This document shows positions 11,787 through 24,519 of a stretch of DNA of 64,000 nt, piece by piece. Every line of letters begins with the position of its first letter. Within the stretch, counting starts at the first letter, position 1. The notes under the pieces were generated by a model. That model saw nothing but the letters and a program-made list of their open reading frames with translations, did not search any database and had not been told where the DNA came from. This stretch comes from Octopus sinensis. Taxonomy: Eukaryota. The stretch lies in assembly GCF_006345805.1 (NCBI RefSeq), contig NC_042999.1, positions 36,022,001 to 36,086,000 on the forward strand, written 5' to 3'. Made by a program: the position numbers and the translations under genes.

Positions 11787-12640
11787 AGCTCATTCAATAC
11801 TCTAGAGAAAAATAAGAACATCATTGGTTTTTAAATCAATCTTTTTGAAACCAGATGGGTGCAGCATAGTCACTTGACTTGATTTTAGAATATAATAGTG
11901 TTTGAATAAAAATATAAAAAGAAGTGAGGCCTCTGGATATTACTGCCTTGAGTCTCAGGAGTCATATGGCAGATTATTCAGTTCCCTTGGCATATAAGTG
12001 ACCAGGATCACAAGATTTCCATTGAATGGGATTCAGGGTTACTCATTTACGAGTGAATGAACTGGAACAATGCAAGATAAAGTGTTTTGCTCAAGAACTC
12101 AACACACCACCTGGTCAAGAAATTGAAACCACAATCATGCAATTGTAAGTACAACATCCTAAACACTAGGCCGTGTAACTTCACAATTAATTATAGGTAG
12201 AGATTTACTTTGTTTATTTTTAATTTTATATACAGATAAAAGACACAGTTGACCCCTTATCTCAGTGGGATTTGATATATCATTATAGTTAAAAGTGGAA
12301 ACAGATTTTCTGTTAGTAAAATACAGTCCAGCAGCTAAGTCTATTCCATACCTGTTGACTTTACAGAAATTCTGTTCTCTTTATCTACTTTTAGTTCTCA
12401 TCAGCATGGCCACAGCTCTGTGCTGAAACTAGAGAAAAAAAACATAGACTATCATTCTTGCAGTGGCCTTAAATGAATTAATGTTTTATATCAAAATGAA
12501 AAAATCAATGAGACCCATTCACTTGCTAAAATATCAATGTTATCTCAAGTGCAATATTTTAAGTATAAAAGTTCTTATTTTCCTGAATGAATGTAGCACC
12601 AGAGACTGACAGTGTCTTTTCATACACTGTCGCAATATAT

Positions 12641-12871
12641 ATTTCTTTATTGCCCACAAGGGGCTAAACATAGAGGGGACAAACAAGAATAGACAAAGGG
12701 TTTAAGTTGATTACATCGACCGCAGTGCGAAACTGGTACTTTATTTATCGACCCCAAAAGGATGAAAGGCAAAGTCGACCTCGGCGGAATTTGAACTCAG
12801 AGCGTAACGGCAGACGAAATACAGCCACGCATTTCGCCCGGCGTGCTAACGTTTCTGCCAGCTCGCCGCCT
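12641..12871 (-). mobile_element. tRNA-derived SINE family B with a 17-bp target-site duplication
   Basis: Flanked by the direct repeat TACACTGTCGCAATATA at 12623-12639 and 12872-12888. It is the reverse complement of 20216-20447. Confidence 0.88.
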
Positions 12872-12957
12872 TACACTGTCGCAATATAGTTTAAATGAAG
12901 TCTTCAATTTTATTTTATGTCACCATAAGCTCTATGCATTTGATAATATGGATCACT

Positions 12958-13350
12958 TAAAGTGGATGGAACTTGTGGAAGAACGAGATCCAGGAAGACA
13001 TGGGATGAGGTACTGAAGGACTATTTCAAGGCACTGAACCTTACAAAACAGACGACAAAGGACAAAGATATCCAGCGCCTTGCTATACTCAATAAGACTT
13101 GTACACCATTGCAGAACTGATATCCTAAACCACCTTGGTTAATGCTCCAAGGTGAAGGGGGCTTTGTCTTGCGAATTACTTGGTAACCCTGTCGGTGCTG
13201 GTTGTACATAAAAAAGACTTGTACCAATGCCATGTAAAAGGCACCTGTACCGTTGTCAGGTAAACAGCACCTGTGTCAATGCCATTTATAAAGCATCTGC
13301 GCTGGTGCCATGTAAAAAGCACCCAGTACACTCTGTAAAGTGGTTTAGCA
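12958..13350 (+). mobile_element. Older RTE LINE 3' fragment
   Basis: ...GGAAGACATGGGATGAGGTACTGAAG (RKTWDEVLK) followed by degenerate TAAAAAGCACC modules. Confidence 0.6.
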
Positions 13351-13354
13351 GTTA

Positions 13355-13716
13355 AACTGACTGCTTACCAACCACATGGTTCCGGGTTCAGTCCCACTGC
13401 GTGGCATCTTGGGCAAGTGTCTTCTGCTATAGCCTCGGGCCAACCAAAGCCTTGTGAGTGGATTTGGTAGACGGAAACTCAAAGAAGCCCGTCGTATATA
13501 TGTATGTATATATATATGTGTATATATATATGTATGTATATATATATGCTTGACAACCGATGCTGGTGTGTTTACGTCCCCGTCACTTAGCGGTTCGGCA
13601 AAAGAGACCGATAGAATAAGTACTGGGCTTACAAAGAATAAGTCCTGGGGTCGATTTGCTCGACTAAAGGCGGTGCTCCAGCATGGCCGCAGTCAAATGA
13701 CTGAAACAAGTAAAAG
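13355..13716 (+). mobile_element. SINE family A
   Basis: Collinear with 700-1107. Confidence 0.85.
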
Positions 13717-13852
13717 GGTAAGGGTATACCCGGCCCTAAATATTCTACCGGTTTTATGTTCAAACTAGCTAGAACTGGTCTCTCACACCTCCCTTACAAT
13801 GTCACTCTAAAAATAGATAATCACATCAATGGAATCTCGAAGCTACGAGATA

Positions 13853-14066
13853 CAGTAATCCCTCGCCATATCGCGGTTCACCTACGCGGTTTATTATTTA
13901 AAGTCACATCGATTCTTCTGTGGTGTTGTTTTGCATTTAGAATAAAATAAATAAATACAAATTATAAATAATAATAAAAATATTCAGTACTGTTTCTACT
14001 TCGTGGATTTTCGCCCATCGCAGGGGGTTTGGGAACGGAACACCCGCGATAGTCGAGGGATTACAG
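13853..14066. mobile_element. pogo/Tigger-like MITE nested in a piggyBac-like MITE
   Basis: TA|CAGTAATCCCTCG ... CGAGGGATTACAG|TA (TA duplication). The host sequence on both sides matches the TTAA-MITE family seen at 27372-27590, 30862-31073 and 35282-35502. Confidence 0.75.
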
Positions 14067-14326
14067 TAAAGCAGGATTAATTAAAAATGATGTGAATAAA
14101 TAAACTTTAGATTTTAGAACGTAGGCGGGAATATTTAGCTGCAACAGTTTCAGCAACTTCACTTAAGACGATATTTTTACGAACAGAATGAATGTCTCAG
14201 CTTCTCATATTTCCTTAATATATAAATACAAGGTAATCAACCTCTGCGTGGTTGTTTGACCACTAGAAGTTGCTACCACATCTTTCAAATAACACCCTAC
14301 TGTTTTGGTAAAAAGATGAGGACACA

Positions 14327-14806
14327 CTAAATAATGTTGTCTTATATACCCCTAAAACGACGGGTTGGTCACGGATGGAATATCTCTGACCGAGCATCTC
14401 TTTAACTATAGTTAATCTGGGCTAAATAATGTTGTCTTATATACCCTTAAAACGACGGGTTGGTCACGGATGGAATATCTCTGACCAAGCATCTCTTTAA
14501 CTATAGTTAATCTGGGCTAAATAATGTTGTCTTATATACCCTTAAAACGACGGGTTGGTCACGGATGGAATATCTCTGACCGAGCATCTCTTTAACTATA
14601 GTTAATCTGGGCTAAATAATGTTGTCTTATATACCCTTAAAACGACGGGTTGGTCACGGATGGAATATCTCTGACCAAGCATCTCTTTAACTATAGTTAA
14701 TCTGGGCTAAATAATGTTGTCTTATATACCCTTAAAACGACGGGTTGGTCACGGATGGAATATCTCTGACCAAGCATCTCTTTAACTATAGTTAATCTGG
14801 GCTAAA
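14327..14806. repeat. Minisatellite, 5 x 95-bp near-identical units
   Basis: Units start at 14327, 14422, 14517, 14612 and 14707. They differ mainly at one site (GACCGAGC/GACCAAGC, pattern G,A,G,A,A). Confidence 0.97.
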
Positions 14807-14989
14807 ACCACAGCAAAAATTTTATATATGAAATTGTTGAAGAACAGCTATATTTCGCATAAACAATTAAAACCACCAAACAAAGGAATCCAGTACAACA
14901 AATAGCATCGGTATACATACAAGAAGTGTGGATATATAAGGTTTTGTGAAATGAATGTGGAGTTCTGTTCTTCCCTCTTATGTTTTTAA

Positions 14990-15056
14990 AGATGTAAACA
15001 AATAAGTAAGAGTTCACTTCCGGTGTTGACGGCAGTGACATCATCGATAAACAAGC
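14990..15056. promoter_or_regulatory. Putative shared (bidirectional) promoter of PSMD10 and HSPBAP1
   Basis: ETS/GABP-type motif ACTTCCGGT at 15016-15024 in a locally CpG-rich patch about 35 bp upstream of the PSMD10 ATG; the two genes are divergent. Confidence 0.5.
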
Positions 15057-15158
15057 ATGGCCGGCGACAGCTTTCGAGATTATGTTATGAATGGAAATTT
15101 CACTGAATTGAAGAAAATACTTGAAGAAAATAAAGGTTTATTGTTGAAGGTGGACGAG
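15057..15158 (+). CDS. PSMD10: Gankyrin (26S proteasome non-ATPase regulatory subunit 10), exon 1
   Basis: MAGDSFRDYVMNGNFTELKKILEENKGLLLKVDE, then GAG|GTAAGT (phase 0). Confidence 0.88.
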
Positions 15159-16102
15159 GTAAGTACTCGGCGATGTTTTCAAGGTATCATTTCGCTGGTT
15201 GTAGGAGTTGATAAGCAGCTACATTGTTACGATGTGTCATAGTATAGCATGAGTAAGCGTTTCCTAATGTTATGCCTAAAACAACAAAGCAAGCTTTATG
15301 AGCAATCATTGATACAACACCCACATATTACTTGTACTTATTTTCATTGCTGAGGTTTAAAAATTAAAGTCTATCCCCACATAGGTTGAAGTTAGAACAA
15401 CGACCTCACCAAACTATGTATGCTTCGACTTAATGAGTTTCAACAATAGAGGTATAATAGTACATTAATATTCTACAGCTGTCCTTGTAAATAATATGTC
15501 TCGGCGCACAGGCTTTAGTTTTACATTATCCTTTTATTCGAAGTATTTTAATTTTTCTCTCTTGAAGAAGTGGGTATATTCGAAACATCGACACTCACGT
15601 CTCTCCACATTATACAGATATTCTCACCCTATATCCTATACATACCTGAAAAGGCAATGTCCCTGAAAATCTGACTCTGACATGATTGTTAATAAATGTG
15701 TGTGTGTGATTTTCGTGTTTTACATTAGTTTTACATTAGCTATCATTCTCCATGGCATTGCTAACTACTAGACTTATTTTTTGAGATAGAATGTAAAAAA
15801 TAAAATCGTCTCTAGCAGATTTGAACCGTAAACATTGTATTAAGTATGATAAAGAAGCAATACGGTTATCTGCTACATACTTAATGTCTGTCCTTTCAAC
15901 TATAGTCATAAAGCCTGATTACATCGACCCCAGTGCTCGGCTGGTACTTATTTCATTGATCACGAAAGGATGAACGGTAAAGTCAGCCTCGGTGGAATTT
16001 GAACTCAAAACGGAAAGATAGACGAAATGCCACAAAGTATTTTCTACGGCGTGCAAACGATTCTGCTAGCTCGCCGCATTCTGCTGATTAAATAATAGTA
16101 AA

Positions 16103-16223
16103 CAACTAGGTCTTTATCCGTTGCTACGTTGTCGGTGAAAATATTTGTTAATTATGTACATACCTTTTTTTTAACAATAGACTTATGTAGTGAAAGTCTC
16201 GTTAGTTACTACGGTGACAACAG

Positions 16224-16259
<36 letters not shown>

Positions 16260-16760
16260 AATAACGACATGATATTGTTGTGAAAGTCTTTTTAAAGTTT
16301 ATGTTGCATTGTCTCTGTTGAATTATGTTCAAAGACACACACAATCAAAAGATAAGTATATTGTTATATAGTGGAAGTTTTTGGATTTTTTTTTTTGAAG
16401 CTGTGTTGTGTTGTCTCAATGTTGAAAGACATAAAAACACACAGACTCGCACACACACACACACACAACCAAAAAAATAACTATTGTTATATAATGACGG
16501 CCTTTTTCATTTTAAAGCTGTGTTGTGTTGACAACTTGCACTTAAAATTCCAACTTGCTACTTACTATGGTGATGACACTACCTATCTCTCTATCTTTCA
16601 CTCTTTCTCTCTCTCACTGTATTTTTTTCTCAGCAACAACTTTTTCTCCTCTCCTTCTAAAAATATATTGTGACATATATTTTGATTCCTCCCCTTCTTT
16701 CCGTTACTCTATAAAGATGCTGTGACGGACAGACTGACAGAGATCCACTTCTCTTTTATA
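16103..16760 (+). mobile_element. Helitron-like non-autonomous element with internal repeats and (CT)n tracts
   Basis: Starts AACTAG...CCGTTGCTACG and ends GACGGACAGACTGACAG...CTTTTATA, the same layout as 3149-3537. Confidence 0.4.
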
Positions 16761-17244
16761 AGTCCTTTGTTGTCAGAGAAAATGCGATAATGAATGAATC
16801 CGTTGTCCAGTTTAACACTATTACCTTACACCTTGGATTCCTTAGCAACATCTCCTCCATTGCATGCATTCCAGCTACATCTCCTGTTTAAAAACACCTA
16901 TCTCTCTCCCTTCCATCAGTCTTTCAGATGCTATTAAAGATGATGAGTACTGCTTTTTCTGCTGACTAAAATATGATGAAAATAAAACTGAATTGAATCA
17001 GCTTTTGTTTGAAAATTCCAGTGGAATTCAAATTCACAAACACAACTCTAGCTACTACATAGGTTTTTGTACATTCTCTCACGTATTATCCATATTATTC
17101 TCACCACCTGTAATGCTGGGAACTGTAGGTATTAGCCTTTTTTCTGCAAAACTAAATTTCAGGGTTATTTCAGTAATGATGATATCTATCACAAGCTAGA
17201 ATTAATATTTACTGCAAGTTACCTTGCCTCAATAATCTTAACAT

Positions 17245-17410
17245 CATCATCATCATCATCATCATTTAGCGTCCGCTTTCCATGCTAGCATGGGTTGGAC
17301 GGTTCAACTGGGGTCTGGGAGGCCAGAAGGCTGTACCAGGCCCAGTCTGATCTGGCAATGTTTCTACGGCTGGATGCCCTTCCTAACGCCAACCACTCCG
17401 TGAGTGTAGT
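17245..17410 (-). mobile_element. Family C retroposon end
   Basis: (CAT)n followed by the reverse complement of the family C tail. Confidence 0.8.
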
Positions 17411-18373
17411 GGGTGCTTTTTACGTGCCAGACGGGGCTGGCAAACGGCCATACTTTAAACATACATGTATACTTGTAACATGTGTACATCCACATGATCG
17501 CAAAATCATGGTTTCAATTCACGGACCAGGCAGTGTGTTATGTTCTTGAGCAAAAGATTTCATCTCATCGTTCTACAATCACTTCGATATCGAATATGTG
17601 GCCGCTCATGCGTCTGTACAAGCAATGTCAGTTAGGAGAGAGATAGAGAGCTCATGTACCGCACAAACATATCTCCAAAAAAAAAAAAAAAGAAAGTTTC
17701 AAATATGACACATCTCAACAAAAGATAGTTTGGTGTATAAAACTTCTTTCCATAGCTAAGGATAATGAAATTTTGAGTGGATATATCTGATTTCCACTGT
17801 AAAAGGGCTAATCAATTAAAACCTACCACTTGTAAGGTTTTGATTGGACTATTTTGACATGATGAGGCTGGAAAAAATAAGGTGGTCTTAGTTAATCATG
17901 ATTTGAGCCACTGCTATTGCAACTTAATTATTAACTAAATAATCTGTATTAATTTGTTAATTAGAAGTATAATCTTCTAAACCTTCTTATCAGGTGGATA
18001 AGTAATTGAGAATAATTTTATAAGAAGAAATGTAACCATAAGCCTTCTTATTGGGTTGTTTATGAGGAAATAATGGTTTCAGCCAGAATAACATTTTGTT
18101 GTTGTTTTATAGCCATAGGTCAGTCAGTTCAGCAACTAAGTATAATTCATAGATCAAGTGCTTCAGATACACATACCATGTTCTTTGTGGAGGAACGGTA
18201 TTGTGTACTCCAACGTAATGTGTGCAAAATTTGGGTTTGTTCATTTGTTTTCCTCAATGTTCCATCCAATCTGGTGGTGTCTACAGCAGAGACAGGCAAA
18301 GTAGACTCACTTGAAGTATAACAACTGTTGTTCCTGCTGGTCGTGCGTATCTCAGTTCAGTGTCTGAGATTAA

Positions 18374-18666
18374 CCCTTTTAATACCAAACTGCCTGCTAA
18401 GACCATTTCAAGTTGTATGATACCAACTTTCTGTTTTAATTAACACTTTTGTTACCATATTTACTTTGAGATGCTCTGTATTTCTTTCAATTAATTTTTA
18501 AATATAACAAAGAATTTAGTAAAATAACTTAGTTATCATTAAGCTAGTGTTAGGAACATAAATTGTGACTAAAGTTTGGTGGAAGATTTTAATTCAAAAC
18601 TTACGAAAACAAGACATTTGTACTACAGAGCTAGAGGCGGTTTCAGCCAGGTTAGTATCGAAAAGG
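18374..18666. mobile_element. piggyBac-like MITE
   Basis: TTAA|CCCTTTTAATACC ... GTATCGAAAAGG|TTAA. Confidence 0.75.
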
Positions 18667-19862
18667 TTAAAGTTCCAAATACCTACTTAATAATTACAAA
18701 GTTATTTTACAAAATTCTTCATTATATTTGAAATTAATTAAAACAAAGGCAGTGTATTTCAATGGAAACATAGTAACAAAAGGGTTATATTATTAATGCT
18801 GCTAGTGCTATTTTTGTATCTGTGTGATTTTCATATTTGGTGTAGTTATAGGAGTGGAGACGAAGTGATTGTACAGGAATTGTACTGCTTAGAACTTATT
18901 GCAGAAACAAACTGTATTGCTCACATATCTAGATAGTCTTTCATTTTGAGTACTTTTTTTTTTTCATTGTAATGTTGTGGTGTGTGCTGTTTTGTGTTTT
19001 CTGCAGTTTTAGGATGCAGAAAGAATTTATAATGGATTTAATGTATTATTTTTGCAAACCAAGTTCTTTTGTTTGCTTGTGTTGACTGAATGTGCTCTGT
19101 GAGCATGTGCTTTCTGATTTTTTTTTTATTATGTCTTCTAATTTGTGCTGTGAATGTTCTAGAAGTTTTGTATTTTTGTCTTTTGTGTGTATGTGTGTTT
19201 TATTGAGCACGACGTTTAATTTCACATCAGATACAATTAATCATCACTCATCAGTGTTGCTGACAAGAAAGGAGGTGGTGTTGTTATGAGTCGGGTTTCT
19301 GGGTAGCTGATGTAGGTTTAGTTTTGTTGTACACCTGTGTCTGGAGAGTGATGGAAGGATGTGACTGTGGTGGACTGCCTCTATAACCCAAAGAGCCAAC
19401 CTTGCAACACTGTGTCATGCTAATTCTGTTTGGGAATTACATTAATGATACAAGTATCTGAGGAATATTCAGCCACTTACACTATAAGATAATGAATGAG
19501 TAATTCAGTTGATCAAATAATAAAAATCCATCATCAAAGCTCAGTTAGAGTTGGGGCTTAAAACTATTATGCAGATACATTCATGTTATGAGTCAAACGA
19601 TGAATGTTCAAATGCTCGAGTTTGACTGACTCAGCAAGATTGTTTTTTTTTAATGACTTCAGTTTTTTTTTCTCTGTAAAGGGGGACAACTGAATGAAGT
19701 GATGTATCATTTTCCAACTGGGATTGTCCTTTGTTGCAAAATTTTCCTCCATGTTCATTCTCTCTTTCTCTCTCTCTCTCCCTCTCTCCCTCTCTCTATC
19801 TCTCTCTCTTTCTCTCTCTCTCAAATCATAATATTGCAGCTTTGTTTTCCTTTTCATTTCAG

Positions 19863-19961
19863 AGTGGTCGACTTCCATTACACTGGGCAGTTTCACAAGG
19901 GCACTCAGAAATAGCAGATTATCTCCTAGATCTTGGCACTCCAGTTGATTATAAAGATGAG
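19863..19961 (+). CDS. PSMD10: Gankyrin exon 2
   Basis: TTTCAG|SGRLPLHWAVSQGHSEIADYLLDLGTPVDYKDE|GTAATA; one 33-aa ankyrin repeat. Confidence 0.95.
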
Positions 19962-20215
19962 GTAATACAACTGTTGTTTTGTATTTTACAGGGAGCAAGA
20001 GGGATGGGTGGAGGAATGGAGTATCATCATTGCTTACGAATTAATTAGATGGATACAAAAAGATAGCAGGTGTTTTGGGTCACAGAGGAACCTGAAGTTC
20101 AATAGAATTTAGAGCTTCCATTGGTCAAATTAACTGTGCCTCTGCATATGTATGCACAGACCTGAGGATGATCGACAGTTTCCCATGCATAAGAATCCCT
20201 CTGTTGCACACTATA

Positions 20216-20447
20216 GGCGGTGAGCTGGCAGAATCGTTAGCACGCCGGGCGAAATGCTTAGCAGTATTTCGTCTGTCGCTACGTTCTGAGTTCAAGTTCC
20301 GCCGAGGTCGACTTTGCCTTTCATCCTTTCGGGGTCGATAAATTAAGTACCAGTTACGCACTGGCGTAGATGTAATCGACTTAATCCGTTTGTCTGTCCT
20401 TGTTTGTCCCCTCTGTGTTTAGCCCCTTGTGGGTAGTAAAGAAATAA
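20216..20447 (+). mobile_element. SINE family B, full length
   Basis: Head GGCGGTGAGCTGGCAGAATCG...GAGTTCAAGTTCC (B-box-like). Other copies lie at about 11200, 15920, 22560, 37880, 45400 and 61220. Confidence 0.85.
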
Positions 20448-20774
20448 CTATATCTGATTCTTCTTATGCTCATTTTTTTTTTCACATCTCATTTGTACTT
20501 CATCATTTATGTATATTACCATCACACATCCAGAGAAGTCTGCTTACTTCATTTCTTTCCAGCTGTTTTATCTCCACATTTGCTGCAAATGTTTCAGTAT
20601 TTATTAATGCTTCTTCAATGACTCAGTACTCACATTTTCTCCACATATACACTTAAACACACTCACACATTTATAGGTATCTTTGTGTATATCTATGTAT
20701 ACACACACACACGCATGCATGTCAGATTCATATATTTTATAAAAAACCTGTATTTTGTTTACATCTATTTCCAG

Positions 20775-20921
20775 TCAGGATGGACACCTCTCATGATAGC
20801 AGTGTCTGCTGGTCGTCCAAAGATTGTCAACAGCCTTATTCACCGTAGAGCTGATATCAATGCTGTCAACAACAATGGCCAATGTTCTTTACACTATGCT
20901 GTCTCTAAAAACAGATATGAG
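20775..20921 (+). CDS. PSMD10: Gankyrin exon 3
   Basis: TTTCCAG|SGWTPLMIAVSAGRPKIVNSLIHRRADINAVNNNGQCSLHYAVSKNRYE|GTAATA; matches gankyrin GWSPLHIAASAGR..IV..L...A.VNAVNQNG.TPLHYAASKNRHE. Confidence 0.96.
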
Positions 20922-21699
20922 GTAATATATTGACACTCACAATGTTTGTTTCACAGTCGCAAGGTCCCATGTTTAATCCTACTCTGCATTGTCTTAAGCA
21001 TGCGTCTTTTTGCCATACTTTCAGGTCAATCTCAACCCTGGGAATTAAATTGAGGAGACAGAAACTTTATGGATGCTCTTCAAATGAACTCTACTTGTAA
21101 TTTTTAAAATTCAGCATTGTCACTCACTGTGTCATACTAGTTCAGCTTGAAGAGTATGTTAATGGTAAATGTTTCAATGGAATATTTAGCCATTAACACA
21201 TTAACTTTTCATTTCCTGTACAATACAGTACTGTACAGAATTGCATGCAACATGTGATATCACAAGAAATGTTCTAACTTTGTTTATAAGAAGGAAATGT
21301 GGAACTTTCTAATATAAGGGAAAAGACTCTTATCCCATTTCTATCATTCCTTTCTGTTTTTTATTGGAATCATTACAGAATTGGGCTTTTGATTTTGTAC
21401 ATTTTCAGCAGGATGTTATGAGTTAATTCAGTTGATCCAAATAGCTGAACACTCATCCTCAATACCATTGAAGATCTGTTTTATTTATGAGTGGATACGA
21501 TGTATTATGGGTATGCTTTCTTGATGTATGTGTAACCTGTAGATTGCAGAATATTTCTTGATTCCAGTTGCTGCTATTATAAGATATTTTTGAAGTGTCT
21601 GTTCATAGAGGATGCAAATCTCTTCTAAATGATATTAGATTCAGATGATATCTGATGACAGAAAAATACAGGAAAGTGTTGCAAAGTATTATTTGTTGC

Positions 21700-22078
21700 C
21701 TGTGCGACTGGCTTCCGTGTCAGTGGCACGTAAAAAGCACCATCCGAATCATGGCCGAAGCCAGTGCCGGCACGTAAAAAGCACCATCCGAATCGTGGCC
21801 GAAGCCAGTGCCGCCTCGACTGGCTTCCGTGCAGGTGGGACATAAAATGCACCAATCCGACCGTGGCCGATGCCAGCCTCGCCTGGCACCAGTGCAGGTG
21901 GCACGTAAAAAGCACCCACTACACTCACGGAGTGGTTGGCGTTAGGAAGGGCATCCAGCTGTAGAAACATTGCCGGATAAGACCGGAGCTTGGTGCAGCC
22001 TTCTGGCTTCCCAGATCCCCGGTCGAACCGTCCAACCCATGCTAGCATGGAAAACGGACGCTAAACGATGATGATGAT
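21700..22078 (+). mobile_element. Family C element with internal tandem GC-rich modules
   Basis: Repeated GGCACGTAAAAAGCACCATCCGAATCGTGGCCG units followed by the (GAT)n tail. Similar copies lie at 23570-23977 and 31318-31650. Confidence 0.8.
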
Positions 22079-22167
22079 CATCATATTCATTTATTATATA
22101 ACCTGAAGGTAATTCCAGATAGACAATCCACTTAAATATTATTTTGGTTTGTTTTTTTTTTTAACAG

Positions 22168-22334
22168 ATAACTGAATGCTTGTTGAACAACAAAGCCACG
22201 CCCAATGTAGCAGATTGGATGGGCAGTATCCCACTACACCGAGCAGCTTCAAAAGGCCACACAAATATTGTTACTTTACTTCTACAGCACAAAGCTAATG
22301 TGAACTATGCAGATCATGAAGGCAACACACCACT
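22168..22334 (+). CDS. PSMD10: Gankyrin exon 4
   Basis: TTAACAG|ITECLLNNKATPNVADWMGSIPLHRAASKGHTNIVTLLLQHKANVNYADHEGNTP(L)|GTAAGT, phase 2. Not in the ORF track. Confidence 0.96.
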
Positions 22335-24519
22335 GTAAGTTTACATCGGCTTTATGATGCAGAGCTCCATTAATTCATTTCAACATCTCATTAAGCCTTT
22401 TGATACGAATCGGCCTTAGGTTCTATGATACAAAATTCTTGTTATAAAGTGATCTAAATTAAAACTTCCCATCAAAATTTCATGTTAATTTCTGTTCCAA
22501 ACATCACCTTAATAATAACTTCAAATTTTGGTCCAAATCCAGCAATATTTGGAGAGGGGTTAAGTCGATTACATCGACCCTCAGTATTTAACTGGTACTT
22601 ATGTTATTGACCCCAAAAAGATGAAAGGCAAAGTTGACCTATGCAGAATTTGAACCCAGAATGTGAAGACATGAAATACCGCTAAGCATTTCACCCACAT
22701 ACTAACAATTCTGCCAGCTCACCGCTTTAAATACCACCTTAATAATGACAAAGTTATTTTACTAAATTCTCCATTATCAATAATATTAATACACCAACTT
22801 TTTGTTTTTGTATGTATGCACCTGTGGTGTGTGTCACACTTACTTTAAAAGAAGTGAGTGGTAAAGTGGGAAAGAGGAGGACAGAGAGAGAGAGAGAGAG
22901 AGACAGTGAATGGTGACAGCATTCGTTTTGTGTTTTTAAATATTTATCAGTATTTTCAGAGTATACTAATACATACATTGCAAGAAAAGTAGATACATAG
23001 ATACGACCACACATTGTTAGAGAGGAGAGACACAGGAGAAGTGAGATAGACAGTAGATACATAGATCATAAAAAAAGTTGATACATAGACACATGGTTAA
23101 ATCAAAGACAAATAACTACAGCAAATATTGGATACCACTTTCACTTTTCATTATCACACAAGGATAAAATTAACTCGCAAGTGGCTGAGTACTACACAGA
23201 CATGCATACCATTAACGTAGTTCTCAGGGAGATTCAGCCCCACACAGAATATGACAAGGCTGGCTGCTATGAATTACGGCTACAACTCATTTTGGCCAGC
23301 TGAGTGGACTGCAGCAAGGTGAAGTAGAGTACCTTACTCAAGAACACAGTACACCACAGGGAATCATACTCATGACTTTACAATCGTGGGCCAAATACCC
23401 CTAGTCACTGGGTATGCACCTTCAATCTCTTAAGCATCAGTCATTTACGATGACAATTAAACTGAAATATGATCGATCTTTTCTAGCTTTTTTACTTTTA
23501 ACAATGAAGAAGAGAGAAAGACATTTAATAATGAATAGAGGGAAAGCCTTTCAGATGTTTACATTTTTATTCAGCATCGCCTTACTGGCACTTGTGCCCC
23601 GTGCTAGTAGGGTGCTAAGAGCACCATCCGAGCGTGATCGTTGCCAGAGCGGCTAACTGGCTTCTGTGTCAGTGGCACGTAAAAGGCACCATTTGAGCAT
23701 GATCTTTACCAGCGTCGCCTTACTGGCACCTATGCCGGTAGCATGTGTAAAAAGATTCGAGCGAGGTCGTTGCCAGTACCGTCTGGCAGGTCCCTGTGCC
23801 GGTGGCAGGTAAAAGCACCCTCTACATTCTCAGAGTGGTTGGTGTTAGGAAGGGCATCCAGCTGTAGAAACTCTGCAGATCAAGACTGAAGCCTGGTGCA
23901 GCCATTTGGTTCGCCAGCCCTCAGTCAAATCGTCCAACCCATGCTAGCATGGAATGCGGATGTTAAATGATGATGATCACAAATGTGAAAGTTGTTATTC
24001 TTGTAGAGTCACTACAAGAAAAATTTTGGCGGCTTTAAAGAATTTATTTTGGTGTATCCAGCATAATAGTCTTGAGATTACTCTGTCATATACATTCTTT
24101 GTATAATTCACACCCTGATGTTTACATGCCCCAGTCATTACATTTAACCTTTCTGATTCCATATTTCTGTTGAAATAAACTGTGCCTTTGTTTCAATTAA
24201 TTTTGAAAATAATGAAGAATTTAGTAAAATAATTTTGTTTTTAACAACTCAGCATGAAATTTTGAGTGAAAGTCTTAATTTAGATCACTTTAAAACAGGA
24301 GGTCTGTATCCTAGAAGCAGGACTAGTCTGAGACAGGTTGGTGACAATGCAGTTAATTCAGGATTTTAAATTTTTATTTCTCCTATATTTTTTTAATAGA
24401 CTTGTACTAATTAATTAAATCAGTGCCAGTATATTTTAATTTCATTGTAGCTTCAGATAAAAAGTGAACATTACATCTCTACTGCCAACTGGGATTGAAC
24501 TTGTTATTTAAGTTAAGTT

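Noticed and set aside
14327-14806. CRISPR-like regular array
   Set aside because: Units are identical end to end with no unique spacers, there are no cas genes, and the context is eukaryotic.
21543-21593. AG followed by IAEYFL..., resembling an alternative start of gankyrin exon 4
   Set aside because: Similarity ends after six codons, a stop follows at codon 17, and there is no ankyrin consensus. The true exon is at 22168.
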